64,000 nucleotides of DNA from Octopus sinensis (GCF_006345805.1 NC_043007.1:51336001-51400000); one strand, 5' to 3'. Positions 25,485 to 39,645 are shown, numbered from the stretch's first letter. Notes: generated by a model from the letters alone, not told the origin. Program-made: numbers and translations.

Positions 25485-26204
25485 ATGTATGTGTGTGAGT
25501 GTGCGCGCGCGCGCACTTGTGTGTAAAATTATAACGCAGAACTGTATCAATATCAATAAATCTGAAATGCAAAAGTTTGTTTGTCTGGTTTTGGAATTGG
25601 AACGGGTTAAAGGGCACAATATCACGTCCGATTCGCTCTGAAATTTACAGGGTCATGTAAAATGAGATGAGGATATGAGTGGGCTAGTTTAGAAATCCCT
25701 ATCTCAAAAGCTGTGGTTACTAGGGCAAAAAAAACACACTTACAAGTCTTTTTTCGTTACTCTCATTCTCTTATCTGCCTGTCTTCCTCCAGCTCTCTCT
25801 CTTTCCTCCCTTCCCTTCACTTTCTCTCTATAACGACGTGTGACACATCAACTATCTTTCCCCCGCCGACTTCGCCAGCGCTCTCACTCTTTCTCTCACA
25901 TCCCCCCCTCTCTCTACGTCTGTCTGCATTCATAGAGAGAATTATTATCGCCATCACCACACAATCATGAGAACAAATATTTGTTCTCATGATTGTGTGG
26001 TGGTGGCGGCGATAATTATTGGGTTAATTTATATGTGTGTGTGTGTGTTCTATATATAAATATGTATATATATGTATATACAAAGTGTATATATCTGTAT
26101 AATTTTTATACATTTGTATATATAATGCGTACACACACACACGCACACACATATATATATACTGCGTATATATGTACACATATATATTTAATGCGTATAT
26201 ATAT

Positions 26205-26266
<62 letters not shown>

Positions 26267-27146
26267 ATATATAATGTGTTCATTATGTGGTCGGTTGAGC
26301 TGAAAATATGCACACCTAAGTTAAATGTGCTGGCGAGTTTGCATGGCAACTATTTTTTTCCTCAATGAAAGGCCTGACCTCTAGGACGAAATTCCTCTTG
26401 TAGCCCGAGTAGACCCGAAGTAGACCCGAATGAAATCAGGTTATATTAACCAAAATGTGAAAAGGGGTCTAAATGGGGTTGGAAGGGGATTAAAAGTTAC
26501 AGGAGCGGATGTTTAGGAATTTTCTTTTACATCAAGTTCAAAATTTTACGCCAGCCGTTAAACTGCCACTACGTTGCCGTCCGTCGTTAAGAAATGCCAG
26601 CCATGGTGACTCTACTATTCTCAGATTCTATCCCTTCAAACTTTGGTTTCCAATATTTTTATTCAGCTCGCAAGTTCGTCTGTCCCTTTTAAATGTTAGT
26701 GTTTTGCTGTCTACCTTGAAGCAGAGCTTTCCGTTGTCACTGCCTGATATTTATGATTGATCTTTCAAAATGTTTTCTTTTTTAACTTACTCAAGATCTT
26801 TTGTTGTTTATAAATGGGAGAGAGAGAGATAGCGAAAGATAGAGAGTAGGAGAAAGCGAGGGAGAGTCCGAGAGAAAAGAAGAGTAAAAGAGTGGGAAAG
26901 TGAGAGAGAAAGGAGAGAGAAACAAAGAGGGAGAATGTGGTGATAAAAAACAGAAAGGAAGCAACAGAAAGTAACAACCACACTCTTACCCGCGCGTAGA
27001 GCGGGTCACCTTGAGCTAGTCTACATATATAAAGGTAATCTATGAAAGAAAGATATACAAAAACAACTAAGATCCAATCCCTGGAGCGGTAGATGAATAT
27101 TGCAGTAAAGTCTTTGATTCTACATAAAAATAATCCCAATATACGA

Positions 27147-27240
<94 letters not shown>

Positions 27241-27722
27241 GTGTATATATCTCTGTGTGTCTTTGTGTCTGTGTTTGTCACCCCATCACCGCTTGACAAC
27301 ACAATTTATCTTCCCCACATTTAAAGAGAATTGTCAAAGAAGATCAATTCACTTGGTAACCAAACGTCAAATGAAGTCATATAAGCAATCTGATTCATAA
27401 TAGATCTAAAACTTACACCGTCCCTTACTCCAAGGAATATCGCTTCAGTTTGATGGCGTTTCTCTTGCATTTCTTTGCATGGCCTTTGTTTCATCAAAGT
27501 TGTCCAAGATTGTTGTTGAGTTGTTGTTACTGTTCTTGTACTTTGGTGTTGTTGTTATTTTTGTTGTTACTATTGTTATTGTTGCTATTGTTGTTGTTGT
27601 TGTTGTTGTTGTTGTAACTTTCATTTTTCAGTTTTGTATTACGTACTGAATTTTATTTTTCGTTTTTTAAATATGCAAGCGATGTATGTAAATGTGTGTG
27701 TGTGTGTGGTGTGTGTGTGTGT

Positions 27723-27761
<39 letters not shown>

Positions 27762-27915
27762 CATTGAATGTGTATTTAGACTTCTTATATATACGTCTGG
27801 TTTTGAAAGCCCGCTCGTGCATGATTAGTTATAAATGTGCACTATTCTATATAAAACGATTATTAATTGCCGCTTAAGTTACAGAAAGTGAAATATGGCA
27901 GAATTCAGGGTGTTA

Positions 27916-29195
27916 CGAGGGGTGTTCAATAAGTAATGCCTCTGACCCACTTACAGTTGTTTGATCTAGCTGAAATATTGCATGTGCAATTACCTATATC
28001 TCTAGAGATTAAGTGGCAAATTACAGCTCTGAACTAATTGTGGTTTCTTATTTACAGGTGTTTGAACTGAGTCAAGTGTGAAACGGAGCCTGTTGAGTGT
28101 CGAGCAGTGATGCGGTTTTTGTATTTGAAAGGACGCACACCACGGAGACTTTTGATGAAATAAAAGTAACTTATGGTGATGATGCTCCATCATATTACCT
28201 TGTAAAACGCCGGCATCGTGAATTCAAACATGGTCGGAACTTTGTGGAAACAGCTCCCAGATCTGGTCGCCCCCTTCTGCCATTGATGAGGCATCTGTCC
28301 GTCAAGTTGAGGCTGCCATTTTGGAAGATCGACGCATAACTATTCGCCAAATAGCCCATGAGGTCAGGATTAGTACCGGGTCTGTGGAAACTATCATTCA
28401 TGACCATTTGCATATGCAAAAGGTGTCTGCCAGATGGATTCTCAGGCTGCTCACACCTTTCCAGAAGCAAGAACGCGTCGATAGCGCGAGGATGAATTTG
28501 AAGATGTGCCAAGAAGATGAGTCAAAATTTTTCAAAAGACTGATTACACAGGATGAAACCTAGGTCCATCACTATGATCCAGAGACCAAAGCCCAGTCAA
28601 TGCAGTGGAAGCACCGTGACTCACCTCCTCCAAAGAAGGCAAGGGTGCAGCCCTCCGCTGGCAAGGTCATGCTCACAGTCTTCTGGGACCAGGACGGAGT
28701 AGTGATGACAGATTTCTTGGCAAAGGGTGCCACAATTACAGGAGTCTATTATGCTTCACTTTTGAGGAAATTAAGAGAAGCTATCAAAATCAAGAGGCGG
28801 AACAAGATCAGCAAAGGCATCCTTCTCCTGCAGGACAACGCTCCGATCCACAACTCGCGTGTCGCCAGATCAGAAGCACAGGCGTGCGGCTATGAACTCA
28901 TCCCCCATCTCCTGACCTGCACCCTCTGATTTTCACCTCTTCCCAGTCATGAAGTTGTTTTTGAAAGGAAAGCGTTTCCCAGATGATGCAGCCTTGATTT
29001 CTGAAGTCACGTCGTGGTTGGAGGACCAAGCTGGGGTCTTCTACAAAAACGGTCTTCAGAGCTGCATCAAACGATGGAAGAAATGCGTAACTCTGGGTGG
29101 TTCCTATGTAGAAAAAGACTAATAACTGTGCCAAGTGTCGTTGCTCTACTGCTATGGGAAGTGGGTCAGGGGCATTACTTATTGAACGCCCCTCG
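27916..29195 (+). mobile_element. Full-length mariner (DD34D-type) transposon, defective transposase
   Basis: TA-CGAGGGGTGTTCAATAAGTAATGCC...GGCATTACTTATTGAACGCCCCTCG-TA, 1280 bp. Motifs VSARWI, ITQDET*VHHYDPETK, LLLQDNAPIH, SDFHLF. Lost ATG, frameshifts, a stop and a deletion in the YSPDL motif. Confidence 0.96.
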
Positions 29196-29385
29196 TATAT
29201 AGAGATAAAGACTTAATGCAAAATAGACTGGCTTACCTAAAGCTCCGCTGCTTAGAAGGGAAAATGAACATACACATCAACGTCTATACATTAGCGGACA
29301 ACAGTACAATGCAGAATAACAGGATAGAGTGGGGTAGAATATCAGAATATTTACATCAGAGCTTCTTATATATATAAATATATAA

Positions 29386-29802
29386 GGCGCAGGAGTGGCT
29401 GTGTGGTAAGTAGCTTGTTTACCAACCACATGGTTCCGGGTTCATTCCCACTGCGTGGCACCTTGGGCAAGTGTCTTCTACTATAGCCTCGGGCCGACCA
29501 AAGCCTTGTGAGTGGATTTGGTAGACGGAAACTGAAAGAAGCCCGTCGTATATATGTATATATATGCGTGTGTGTGTTTGTGTGTCTGTGTTTGTCCCCC
29601 TAGCATTGCTTGACAACCGATGCTGGTGTGTTTATGTCCCCGTTACTTAGCGGTTCGGCAAAAGAGACCGATAGAATAAGTACTGGGCTTACAAAAGAAT
29701 AAGTCCCGGTGTCGAGTTGCTCGATTAAAGGTGGTGCTCCAGCATGGCCGCAGTCAAATGACTGAAACAAGTAAAAGAGTAAAGAGTAAAAGAGTAAAAG
29801 AG
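29386..29802 (+). mobile_element. Full-length tRNA-derived SINE family 1
   Basis: A-box-like TGGCTGTGTGG, B-box-like GGTTCATTCC, internal (TG)n, (GTAAAAGA)n tail. Many partial copies in the window. Confidence 0.9.
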
Positions 29803-29848
<46 letters not shown>

Positions 29849-29919
29849 TGAGTGTGTGTGTGTATGTGTGTGTGTATTTGTCTATGTATGTATGTATATA
29901 TATATATATATATTATATA

Positions 29920-29956
<37 letters not shown>

Positions 29957-30127
29957 TGGGGCACCGCCTTGAAGAAATTTATTTGAATGACTCGACCCCA
30001 GTGCTACAAGACTCGAGACAGTAATGTCCAGGGTTTGATGATGATGATGATCGACGACGACAAGGACGAGGGGAGAAGGAAAAGGAAGAGGATATAGCAA
30101 AAGCAATATATTTAGAGAGTAGAAGCC

Positions 30128-30336
30128 GGCAAGCTGGCAGAATCGTTAGCGTGCCTGGCAAAATGCTAAGCAGCATTTCGTCCGACTTAACTTTCTGAGT
30201 TCAAATTCCACCGAGGTCTACTTTGCTTGTCATCCTTTCGGGATCGATAAAATTAGTACCATTTGCGCACTAGAGTCGATCTAATCGACTTAGCTGATTC
30301 CCACAAAACTACTGGCCTTCTGTCAATATCAGAAGC
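30128..30336 (+). mobile_element. tRNA-derived SINE family 2
   Basis: Head gctggcagaatcgttagc and gagttcaaattcc. Better-preserved inverted copy at 56344-56566, degraded copy at about 57150-57320. Confidence 0.8.
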
Positions 30337-32365
30337 CAATCTATTTAGAGGGTAGATATAAGGTAGTCAATGCTAGTCTATTCTAGAACTCGACAATAAA
30401 TAAGAGCTTTCTTTTTCTTTTTCCTAAAATTGATAAGCTTTTGGGAGAAATCCATGATTTGAACCTGGTCCCTTTCTCTATGTACTTCAGTGATTTATCA
30501 CTTCTATCAATGAATCATTCTGCCTCACCGGCAAAATTGAGACAAGATATAAAAGGATCTGTATAATATCGAAATCATTCTTGATTTCAAATAGTTTTGG
30601 TTTCATTGCTGTTGAGGTGGTGAAGGTGATGGTCGTGATAGTAATGGTGGTGATGGTTGCGATGTTGTTATTGTTGTTGTTGATGTTGTTGTTGTTGTTG
30701 GTGGTGGGGACGGTGGTGGTGGTGTAAGAGTTCGTGGCCTTTATTAAACATATTTCACAAGTTAAAAGAAACCACGTGAGAACGAACACCACCAACAGCA
30801 GCAGCAACAACAACGTGAACAGTCACACTTTAAGCTAAAGCAAAACAAATGGACAATAAGACAAAAACAGCAAAAATAACTAATATATGAGAAAACCTTG
30901 AGTAGCGGCGCATAGTATTATGTGAAGCCAAAGTTGCTGGAACCGTTCCATCATCAATCAGTTGAACTGTTTTATTTGAAGTTTCAATTTCCACTGGTCA
31001 GTTTTGGCTAATGAGAGAAATCTTTTAGCATGGCAGCACAATTCCATCAAATCCTTAAGCCTGGGATTTCATAAAGCTTAACGTTAGTTATTTTTTTATC
31101 TTTGTGTATGTGTCTGTGCTTGGGGTGGGGGGAGCGAAAGACTAACAAAGAGAGAAAGAGAGGGAAGGGTAGGCAAGGTATGAGGTGTGGTGGTGAATAA
31201 ACTGCATTACGCCTGCAACTTTGAAATGTCCAAAGTTTTCCTGAGAATTGCCAAAAACTAGTAAAACGATATCAAAGTGTATTTTAAGATGAGAAAACTT
31301 TTGGGATACAAGTTTAGTGAAGTAAAGAGGGACATTTTGTGGTTTCATTCAAATTTATCATTATTTGTTGGTTCGAATCTAATAAGAAACCCTTCTTCAG
31401 TTAATACTGATCACGTCTTAAAACATGGATGATACATAAGAGAAGATAATTTTCCTAAAAAAAAAAAAAATAGAGTCACGGCTAAAATGCTTTTGATTAA
31501 GAGTTTTCACAGGGCAGGTATAGGCTCCAAGCAACAACTATATTGACCCAAATCAACAAACTGCTTCTACAGAAAACACATGGACATTCGACCAGTTAGA
31601 AATATTAGCTAAATCGCCTTCAATTTCTAATTTACTCTCCTCATCTGAGAAAACTTAAGAACCTGGTCTGTTCATTATCATCATTACTTTAATCCCCACC
31701 AGCATATACCTACAGACATCGTTGTAAATATCAACGCTGTAAACGCTGTTATGTTATATTCTCTGCCAAGAGACTTCGCCTGGAACCAACCTTCAGCCAA
31801 TAACAAGAATCTTAGGCAGTCAGACACAGTTACACATCTCAAACGTTATTTCTAATCCCAAGCCTTCATGTTAAAATTATTATGTTTTAAAGGCTAGAAT
31901 ATGTAAAATATACAATACTATTGAAGTGTGGCGACAGTTTCATGTGAGCAAAATTAACCACTACTATTAAAAGCCTTATATTTTTGAGGATATGAAAATG
32001 CTATGTTCATGCTCATTACTCTAAAAAAAATACATTTGCTACATTGAGAAGAAATACTTTCAATTCCAATTTTAAACATTCCTCGCTGTCTTATTTAGTC
32101 GGAAGATTAAATTGTTACATAAGTTAATCATCTCTGTCCACAACTGTTGCTTTAAGAAGCGGATATTAGAATTCAATACACCACAAGCATTTATAATTAT
32201 GTGAGGTATACTTGCCATCTCAATATGGCTAACCACTAAGGGTAGGTGTTACTGTAGCTTGTAGCCCCAGGAGAACATCGTCTCCAGCTGGCTTTAGGCA
32301 CACTTTCTGTGCCCTTGTGGTATTTGCAAAGGGAGGTCACCCTTCCCTCGTCAACCTAAGTGATA

Positions 32366-32410
32366 CGCACGGACTGCAGTTTCTAGGTTTTGACCTGTCA
32401 TCAGCGTACG
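32366..32410 (-). ncRNA. Type I hammerhead ribozyme, left arm of the foldback
   Basis: Exact reverse complement of 32545-32589. Confidence 0.75.
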
Positions 32411-32544
32411 ACAATCACCGGTTTTCGATGAAACGGTGTTCCAACGCAAATCCTTATATCGTGACGATCAGTGATGAAAAGTTACTGGAAAAACGATATA
32501 AGGATTTGCATTGGAACACCTTTTCATCGAAAACTGGTGATTGT

Positions 32545-32589
32545 CGTACGCTGATGACAGGTCAAAACCTAGAAACTGCAGTCCGTGCG
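32545..32589 (+). ncRNA. Type I hammerhead ribozyme, right arm of the foldback
   Basis: CGTACG-CTGATGA-C-AGG(TCAAAA)CCT-A-GAAA-CTGCAG-TC-CGTGCG. 6-bp stem I with one U.G, palindromic ACTGCAGT stem III, GUC cleavage after 32583. Confidence 0.75.
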
Positions 32590-32935
32590 TATCACTTAGG
32601 TTGACGAGGGAAGGGTGACCTCCCTTTGCAAATACCATAAGGGCACAGAAAGTGTGCCTAAATTTACAGTTAACATTCTCAACTATAGACTAAATAGAAA
32701 CGACAAAATAAGTGAAAATTTAAAAATTGTTGTGTGTGTGTGTGTACAACCACATGTGAATCGTTGGCGATTTTCTTGGCATTTCCTCTATTTCTGAAGA
32801 AGAGCCTCGCTCAAAACGTTAAACCATCTTTCGTTCCTCCCCTGAGCATCTGTTAATACTTTACACGTACCATGTCTTCGCGTTGTTGTGTTTTTTGTGT
32901 TTCTTCTTCTTTTTTATGGATTTGATATATATATA

Positions 32936-32996
<61 letters not shown>

Positions 32997-33149
32997 GCAT
33001 ATGTATGTATGTATATATGTACGTATATATGTATGCACACCCACACACACACACACACACATACTCTCTCTCTCTCACACACACACACAGGTAGACGCTT
33101 TATTGTCTATTTAGCGTTAAAGTAAAGGCAGTTCTGAAATCAGGTTAAC

Positions 33150-34450
33150 TTTTTGTTTAATTCAGACTGTTATTGTTATTGACAACGGTATTTGTATGAG
33201 ATAAAATTTGCTGTAACACTTCTTACAGTTTGATATCAAGAAACTATATTGAATATAATAATAACGGTTTGTACATTGTTAGAATTGTAGTGGGGAACAG
33301 ATGATTATATCAAATCCAGTATATGACTTTTTAAAATTATGAATTCAAGGTAGATGAAAAGTAAAATTGATCCAGATATTTTTTTAACTCATTGAAAAAA
33401 ATCATATTAATATTTATCTTTGTCGTTAAACCGCGTGTTTGGGAGAGGTAGAGATACAGAAGATTAACCTGATCCTCAGCATAACTGCTATCTTAGAAAA
33501 AAAATTGTAGAAGTGGTCGACGGAGTTAACTGCACTTCCAGTTGACCCTGAGGAAAAGGCATGGGCAGAAAGACATCTTTAGAGGTGGAGGTGGTATTCT
33601 GAGGAGCATTATGTATAGTGGTTTATCGAGGAATATATATACAGAAAGTAAGAGTGAGGCTTGTTCTGAGTGGATCTGGAAGGGGATGGTAACAGCAAAC
33701 TAATCTAGAGAACATAGACCATTGCAATAACAGTAAAAGATGTAGCGCATTGATTCTCTGTCGGGGTCCATACGACTCCTTGTAGTCCACATAAAATGTG
33801 TGGGGTCCACAATCAAAATAGTAAATTAGGTCAACAGTAGTATTTTATGTGTCCATGAAAAAAATTTGCTTTAGATATATTTATTGTAAGTAACAGTTAA
33901 GTTTCTTTCTCTGACGCTTTATATAGTTCAGCTTACAAAAATTAATATATGATAAATAAAATAGGAATTTTGAAAGAAGTATGTATAAAATTAGGTTCTA
34001 AACATCGAATGACTATAGGGGCCAAACAGAATAAAATAGTAATCAAAGGGATCCATAGATAAAAAGCTAATTAAAAGCCACTGATATAGAGTGATCAGAG
34101 ACTAGACTGCATTGGTGGGGCTTTACTAATTAGACAGATTGTTTCCTCTTAGATATAGTCTTTGGTGGTATTGTGTATAAAAGTGGGGTCGTCCTAAAAG
34201 TACGTGGGGTGATACCATTCTAAAATTGTATAAGCGTAATGCCACTCTAAACGTGCGTGGAAGGGATACCATCCTAAGTGTGGAAAAAATAACCCGTTGT
34301 GGTTGTTACGCGGACTCTGTAAAAAAGTAAACTGTCTTATCGGGAATGACGTATTTTTTATTGTAAAGCAGGTTTATGTTTATGATGTAGTCTTATGAAA
34401 TGCTATTTATGATGCCTGGTTAACTATGGTATATATGACATCGTTTTAAA
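33150..34450 (-). pseudogene. Highly decayed reverse-transcriptase-like remnant, possibly Penelope
   Basis: Weak motif resemblance only (TMYKP...YSF...CKKCYSKF versus the PLE thumb YKPTD..YL.YSS.HP..CK.SIPYSQF). Many stops. Confidence 0.3.
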
Positions 34451-35443
34451 TATGTTATGCATGTGAGATGAACAGGACAGGTTATCAGTGATGGGAAGTT
34501 CCAGTATTTGTAGTGACATTGAAGGCATTAAAGAGGGTGAAGCAGATTTGTATTCTGGATAAATGAAGAGATAGAATCTTTACCCAGATTGCCAGATCTT
34601 TGACCGGATTGTTAAGTCATCACTGGAAATTATTTTCTCTGTTAATGGAGTCGTAAAGTGCTTTGGTTGCATAAGAACGATGTCGATCTGAATAATGTTA
34701 GGACGCATAGGAATGCGAAATGTAAAGGTGAGAGTAAGAAGGTCTTTAATATATAAGAGATGTGTGTGTGTAGTATAACTATACCTTGAGGACTGTGTAT
34801 GCCTGCATAGAGATTAATAATAAAGTGTTTGTGAATCACAATGTCAGTTGCAGTAGTGGTATTGGTATTTAACACATAGCATTTCTGACTCTCTTGGACA
34901 TGAACGGGTTTCGATTGGTATGTGTTTGAGATGTAAGGAAGTGAATTTCGATGGTTGTGGATTGCATTTTCTTGGTTGTATCGTCCGTTAGAGTGATTTT
35001 GTTGTTTTTTAATTGTAATTTATGTATGATTGAATAGTAAACGCTCACGCTCATAATACATTTGAATTAATTTTTACAATCCAGCCGTCCATTCACACGG
35101 AATTTTGTCTATCTTTAAACCAAGACTCTGAAGTGACTTACATATATAAGGGAACTGTTATTGTGGATATATATCAGAAAATGTATATAAGTCGAAACAA
35201 TTTTATGGTTTTTTTAAATAATTGTTGATGTTATATAATATGTTATTTTATATTCAAAGTATATCATGTAATATTATAAAAATAAATTATTGGATTGTCA
35301 ATAGTATCTCTCTATTTAATTTATCTTTGTAATTGAATTATACCAATATTTATATAGTATTCAACTGCCGTACCAGTGAATTCGATATTTAACACACCCC
35401 TTTGAATGATTTCTTTTCTTCAGTTTGTAACTTTGTGTATGTA

Positions 35444-35484
<41 letters not shown>

Positions 35485-35499
35485 TGAAACTTTTATCAT

Positions 35500-35543
<44 letters not shown>

Positions 35544-36375
35544 ATATATATAATAAAATTTTCAACATCCGATAGAACCACATATTTAAATAATAAAACC
35601 ACTAAGGTAGAGTCAGGTAGAGCGCACCAGTGCACTAATAACGTGTGTTGGGGTATACGTCCTTACTAAAATAAATACCGATTTGTCACTCCAGTTATAC
35701 ACTCATTCACAACTACTGAGAGAATATACAACGTGTAATCAAAGTCAAACAGGGGTACACACCATACATATTCCGCAATCAACTAAAGGTTCTACTACAA
35801 CGCACGGAAGTTTCCGAGATAGGATGTGGTCCACTACAACTATTTCAGATGTGTTCTTTATTGATAAACAAAAGTTTTACATCATGCAAAAAACATAGTT
35901 TTCATCAAATGAATTAAGACTGAAATTTAACAATGAGGATTCCTCACAAAAATAGAACATAGATTGCAATTGGGAGATATATATATTCGCTATAACAATT
36001 GAATTCTTTCTATTTCTTTGTGTTCTGCTATATATTATTGCACAAAATATATTTTCGTTGTTACGACGTAAACCTATCACTAATATATACATAATGGTTT
36101 ATGTGTGTGAGAGAGAGACAGAGACAGAGACAGACAGACAGACAGACAGACAGAGGAAGGGTCAAGGACGAAGAGAGAATGTGTGTGCGTCTATGTGTGT
36201 GTGTGCATACTTTGTGTGAGTTGTGTACGTATGCACAGGTGCACTGGAGTGTCTGAGCAATTACATGTACATATACGCACAAACGCACACAGATATACAT
36301 ACACACATGAACGCACGTATATATGTATGCATGTGTAAATATATATATATGTATATGTATATATGTATGTATATG

Positions 36376-36417
<42 letters not shown>

Positions 36418-36477
36418 CACACACACACATACACACACACACACACACACACCTACACACACACCTCTACACACACT

Positions 36478-36515
<38 letters not shown>

Positions 36516-36703
36516 GCTGCAGGAACTAGAAACATACCAAACTCGCGAACAGGAGAAAGAAATCAAAAGAAACTGCGAGAGGTATTTGGCCATTTTATGG
36601 TGTCGACTGGTTACAAACTATCAACAGCTGATGGAACAAAGATCAAAGTGTTATCAATTGGCAGATAGGAAAAACTTCGGTTTGTGTTTATGTAGGTATA
36701 CAG

Positions 36704-36776
<73 letters not shown>

Positions 36777-36922
36777 TGTGTGTGTGCGCGTGCGTGTGAG
36801 TGTGTGTGTATGTGCGAGTGTGTGTGTGAGTGTGTGTGAGTATGTGTGTGTGTACATATAACCACATATATATGTATATATATGTGTGTATGTGTGTGTG
36901 TGTATGCATATATATATATATT

Positions 36923-36962
<40 letters not shown>

Positions 36963-37082
36963 TATATACATACATATATATATAAACATATATATATATA
37001 CACACACACATATGTATATGTCCATAAACCCACACATAAACAAACGCATGTATATGTAAATACACACATATATATATACATA

Positions 37083-37679
37083 ATTAATAATATCAGGGTA
37101 ATAAAGATTTTAGAATTTTTTACTACCAGTGGCCTAGCGTGTAGAAAAATTAGTCAATAGACTATATATTATTCATATAAATACAGTGTACATTTAAACA
37201 CATAAGGGGTATCCGTCATAGGATTCCTTGCACGCTAGAAGGAGCAGCTTAAGTCCAAACCACTATTAGAGATAAAAACTCGAAGGGAATGAAAAATAAA
37301 AACATTTGCCATCTATCTCCTGGGCCATGGTTTCTGACTTTTGTAGCAAATAAAATAATTTGCTAGGCGAAGTCTTCATCAAGAGGTACGCCTAGATTAA
37401 ACATATAAGTACGAGGCAAATGCAGCATGTGCCTCTTGCTTATACATTATAACTTTTCAAATCCACCGCGCAAGCGCAGTTTTTGCCGGCAGCGAAAAAT
37501 ACCGGCGTGTCTTTGAACAATTTTCCAGAAAAAAAATCAATATTAATAATATCAGGGTAATAAAGATTTTAGAACTTTTTACAACATGTGGCCTAGCGTG
37601 TAGGAAAATTAGTCAATAGACTATATATTATTCATATAAATACAGTGTACATTTAAACACGTAAGAGGTATCCGTCATA
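37083..37679 (-). mobile_element. Second non-coding tandem unit (138-bp direct repeats, 459-bp period) with a decayed HHR
   Basis: R at 37083-37220 and 37542-37679. Minus strand TTGATGA-A-GACT...AGTC-A-GAAA-CCATGG-CC at about 37316-37390. Confidence 0.7.
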
Positions 37680-37758
37680 TGCAAATACACATATAAATGT
37701 GTGTGTATATGTGTGCATCAATTTGTATGTATGTATGTATGTATGTATGTATGTATGT

Positions 37759-37805
<47 letters not shown>

Positions 37806-37891
37806 TACATGGATACATGCGGGTGTGTTTATCGGGGGAGTGCAAAAGTGTTTATGCAGATACTATGTGCAATTTATCCGTCTTTTGCAGT

Positions 37892-37937
<46 letters not shown>

Positions 37938-38334
37938 TGTATGTATGTATGTATGTATGTATGTATGTATGTGTGTGTGAATGTTTGTATGTATGTATGT
38001 ATGAATGTATGTATGTATGAATGTATGTATGTATACAACGAGCTTCTTTCAATTTCCGTCTACCAAATCCACTCACAAGGCTTTAGTCGGCCCGAAGATC
38101 TAGCTACGCAGTGGGACTGAACCCGGAACAATGTGGTTGGGAAGCAAGCTTCTTACCACACAGCCACGCCTGCGCCTATATGTGTGCGTGTGTGTGAGCG
38201 TGTGTGTGTTTATACATATATGTATATATATATTTGTAACGTAAGATAAAAATTCAATTTCAATAAACCATATACACTACAACATGTATTGAGTATTCCC
38301 GTCTGATGTTTTCGACACAATTCAACATTTGTTA

Positions 38335-38393
<59 letters not shown>

Positions 38394-38428
38394 ATATATA
38401 TAATATATATATATATACATATATATAC

Positions 38429-38469
38429 AACCTTTTCTGCAGCTTACACCGTTTCTTAAGACGTAACGA

Positions 38470-38511
<42 letters not shown>

Positions 38512-38581
38512 ATATATATAATATATATATATATATATACAACCTTTTCTGCAGCTTACACCGTTTCTTAAGACGTAACGA

Positions 38582-38674
<93 letters not shown>

Positions 38675-38717
38675 GCTCGTTACGTCTTAAGAAACGGTGT
38701 AAGCTGCAGAAAAGGTT
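38429..38717. repeat. 45-bp module in +,+,- orientation separated by (TA)n
   Basis: aaccttttctgcagcttacaccgtttcttaagacgtaacgagcca at 38429-38473 and 38541-38585, reverse complement at 38673-38717. Confidence 0.95.
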
Positions 38718-38759
38718 CTAATTATGTTCTCGTAGTCTTCTACCTGCAGCTTCTCTCAT

Positions 38760-39645
38760 GACTTCTTATGTTTGATGGGCAAGTTCTGCTGCAAAATCTG
38801 CAAGCAAAGAAGGTGCTACAGGGCTGCAGTGAGCTATCTTTCTTTCTTTGGCATTTTACCTCAAGCTGTTTGACTCCTTTGTTCACTGAGGCTTTCCCAA
38901 CAGTCTTCAGCTAACTTTTCCCAACTCTTTGCATTGATGTGGCACTTGGTCAGGCTCCTCTTACATGTATACTTGAATCTCGGCTTTGGTCATCTTCTGA
39001 ATCTGCTACCCTGAGCCAGCTCGCCATATAACAACTGCTTTGGAATTCCGTTGTAATCCATCCACTTCACATGCCCAAGCCATCTTAGTCTCCTTTTGCA
39101 CAGAATAGTTCTCATGCTCGGAAGTGCTGCCTGTTGGTTATTTTGTCTTGCCAGGTGATGCGCAGGATATTGCACGGGCATCATCTCTTGTTCTGTGAAA
39201 AGTGTGCAAGTTTCTGATCCACAGAGAAGGGTGCTCAGTATGCATGCTTCATAAATCATAAATCCTAATTCTGGTTTTCATTGTGAGCATCTTGTTTTTC
39301 CATGCTCTGTTGCTGAGTCTACCAAAGACTGTAGTAGCTTTTCCTAAGCTGACTAATATTTTGTCGTCTAGGGAGGTTGTTACTGAGGACCCTCTAAAGC
39401 TTGTCCAGCATCATGTTTACTTCAATTGTGTCGTTTGTATCAGAATGACACACTTCTTGACACTGATTAAAAGAGAAAATGCTTTGCAAGCTCGTGAAAA
39501 GTGCTCCATCATTGTCTGTAGGGTTGACTCGCTGAGAGCAACCAGTGCTGTATCATCTTCAAAGAGTATATCTCAGATCAAAGTTGATTTGGTCTTGGAT
39601 TTTGCTCTGAGGCGTGCAAGATCTAAAAGGGAATCTTCATGTCGC
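38760..39645 (-). mobile_element. RTE-clade (BovB-like) LINE, RT C-terminal fragment
   Basis: LARLRAKSKTK...ILFEDDTALVA, YEACILSTLLCGSE, RRLRWLGHV.WMD...IPKQLLYGELAQGSR. Confidence 0.9.

Larger units (their letters stand above)
32293..32662. repeat. 370-bp foldback (arms about 170 bp, spacer about 30 bp) carrying two hammerheads
   Basis: tttaggcacactttctgtgccc...gggcacagaaagtgtgcctaaa, with about 4 mismatches between arms. Confidence 0.95.

Noticed and set aside
30830-30995. Terminal exon with a hydrophobic tail (…RRYSRFSHILVIFAVFVLLSICFALA*) on the minus strand
   Set aside because: Weak acceptor, an in-frame stop just upstream, and hydrophobicity explained by T-rich composition.
32293-32662. 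Plain Tc1/mariner MITE interpretation
   Set aside because: The TA flanks fit, but a complete hammerhead in each arm points to a Penelope/retrozyme origin. Kept as an alternative only.
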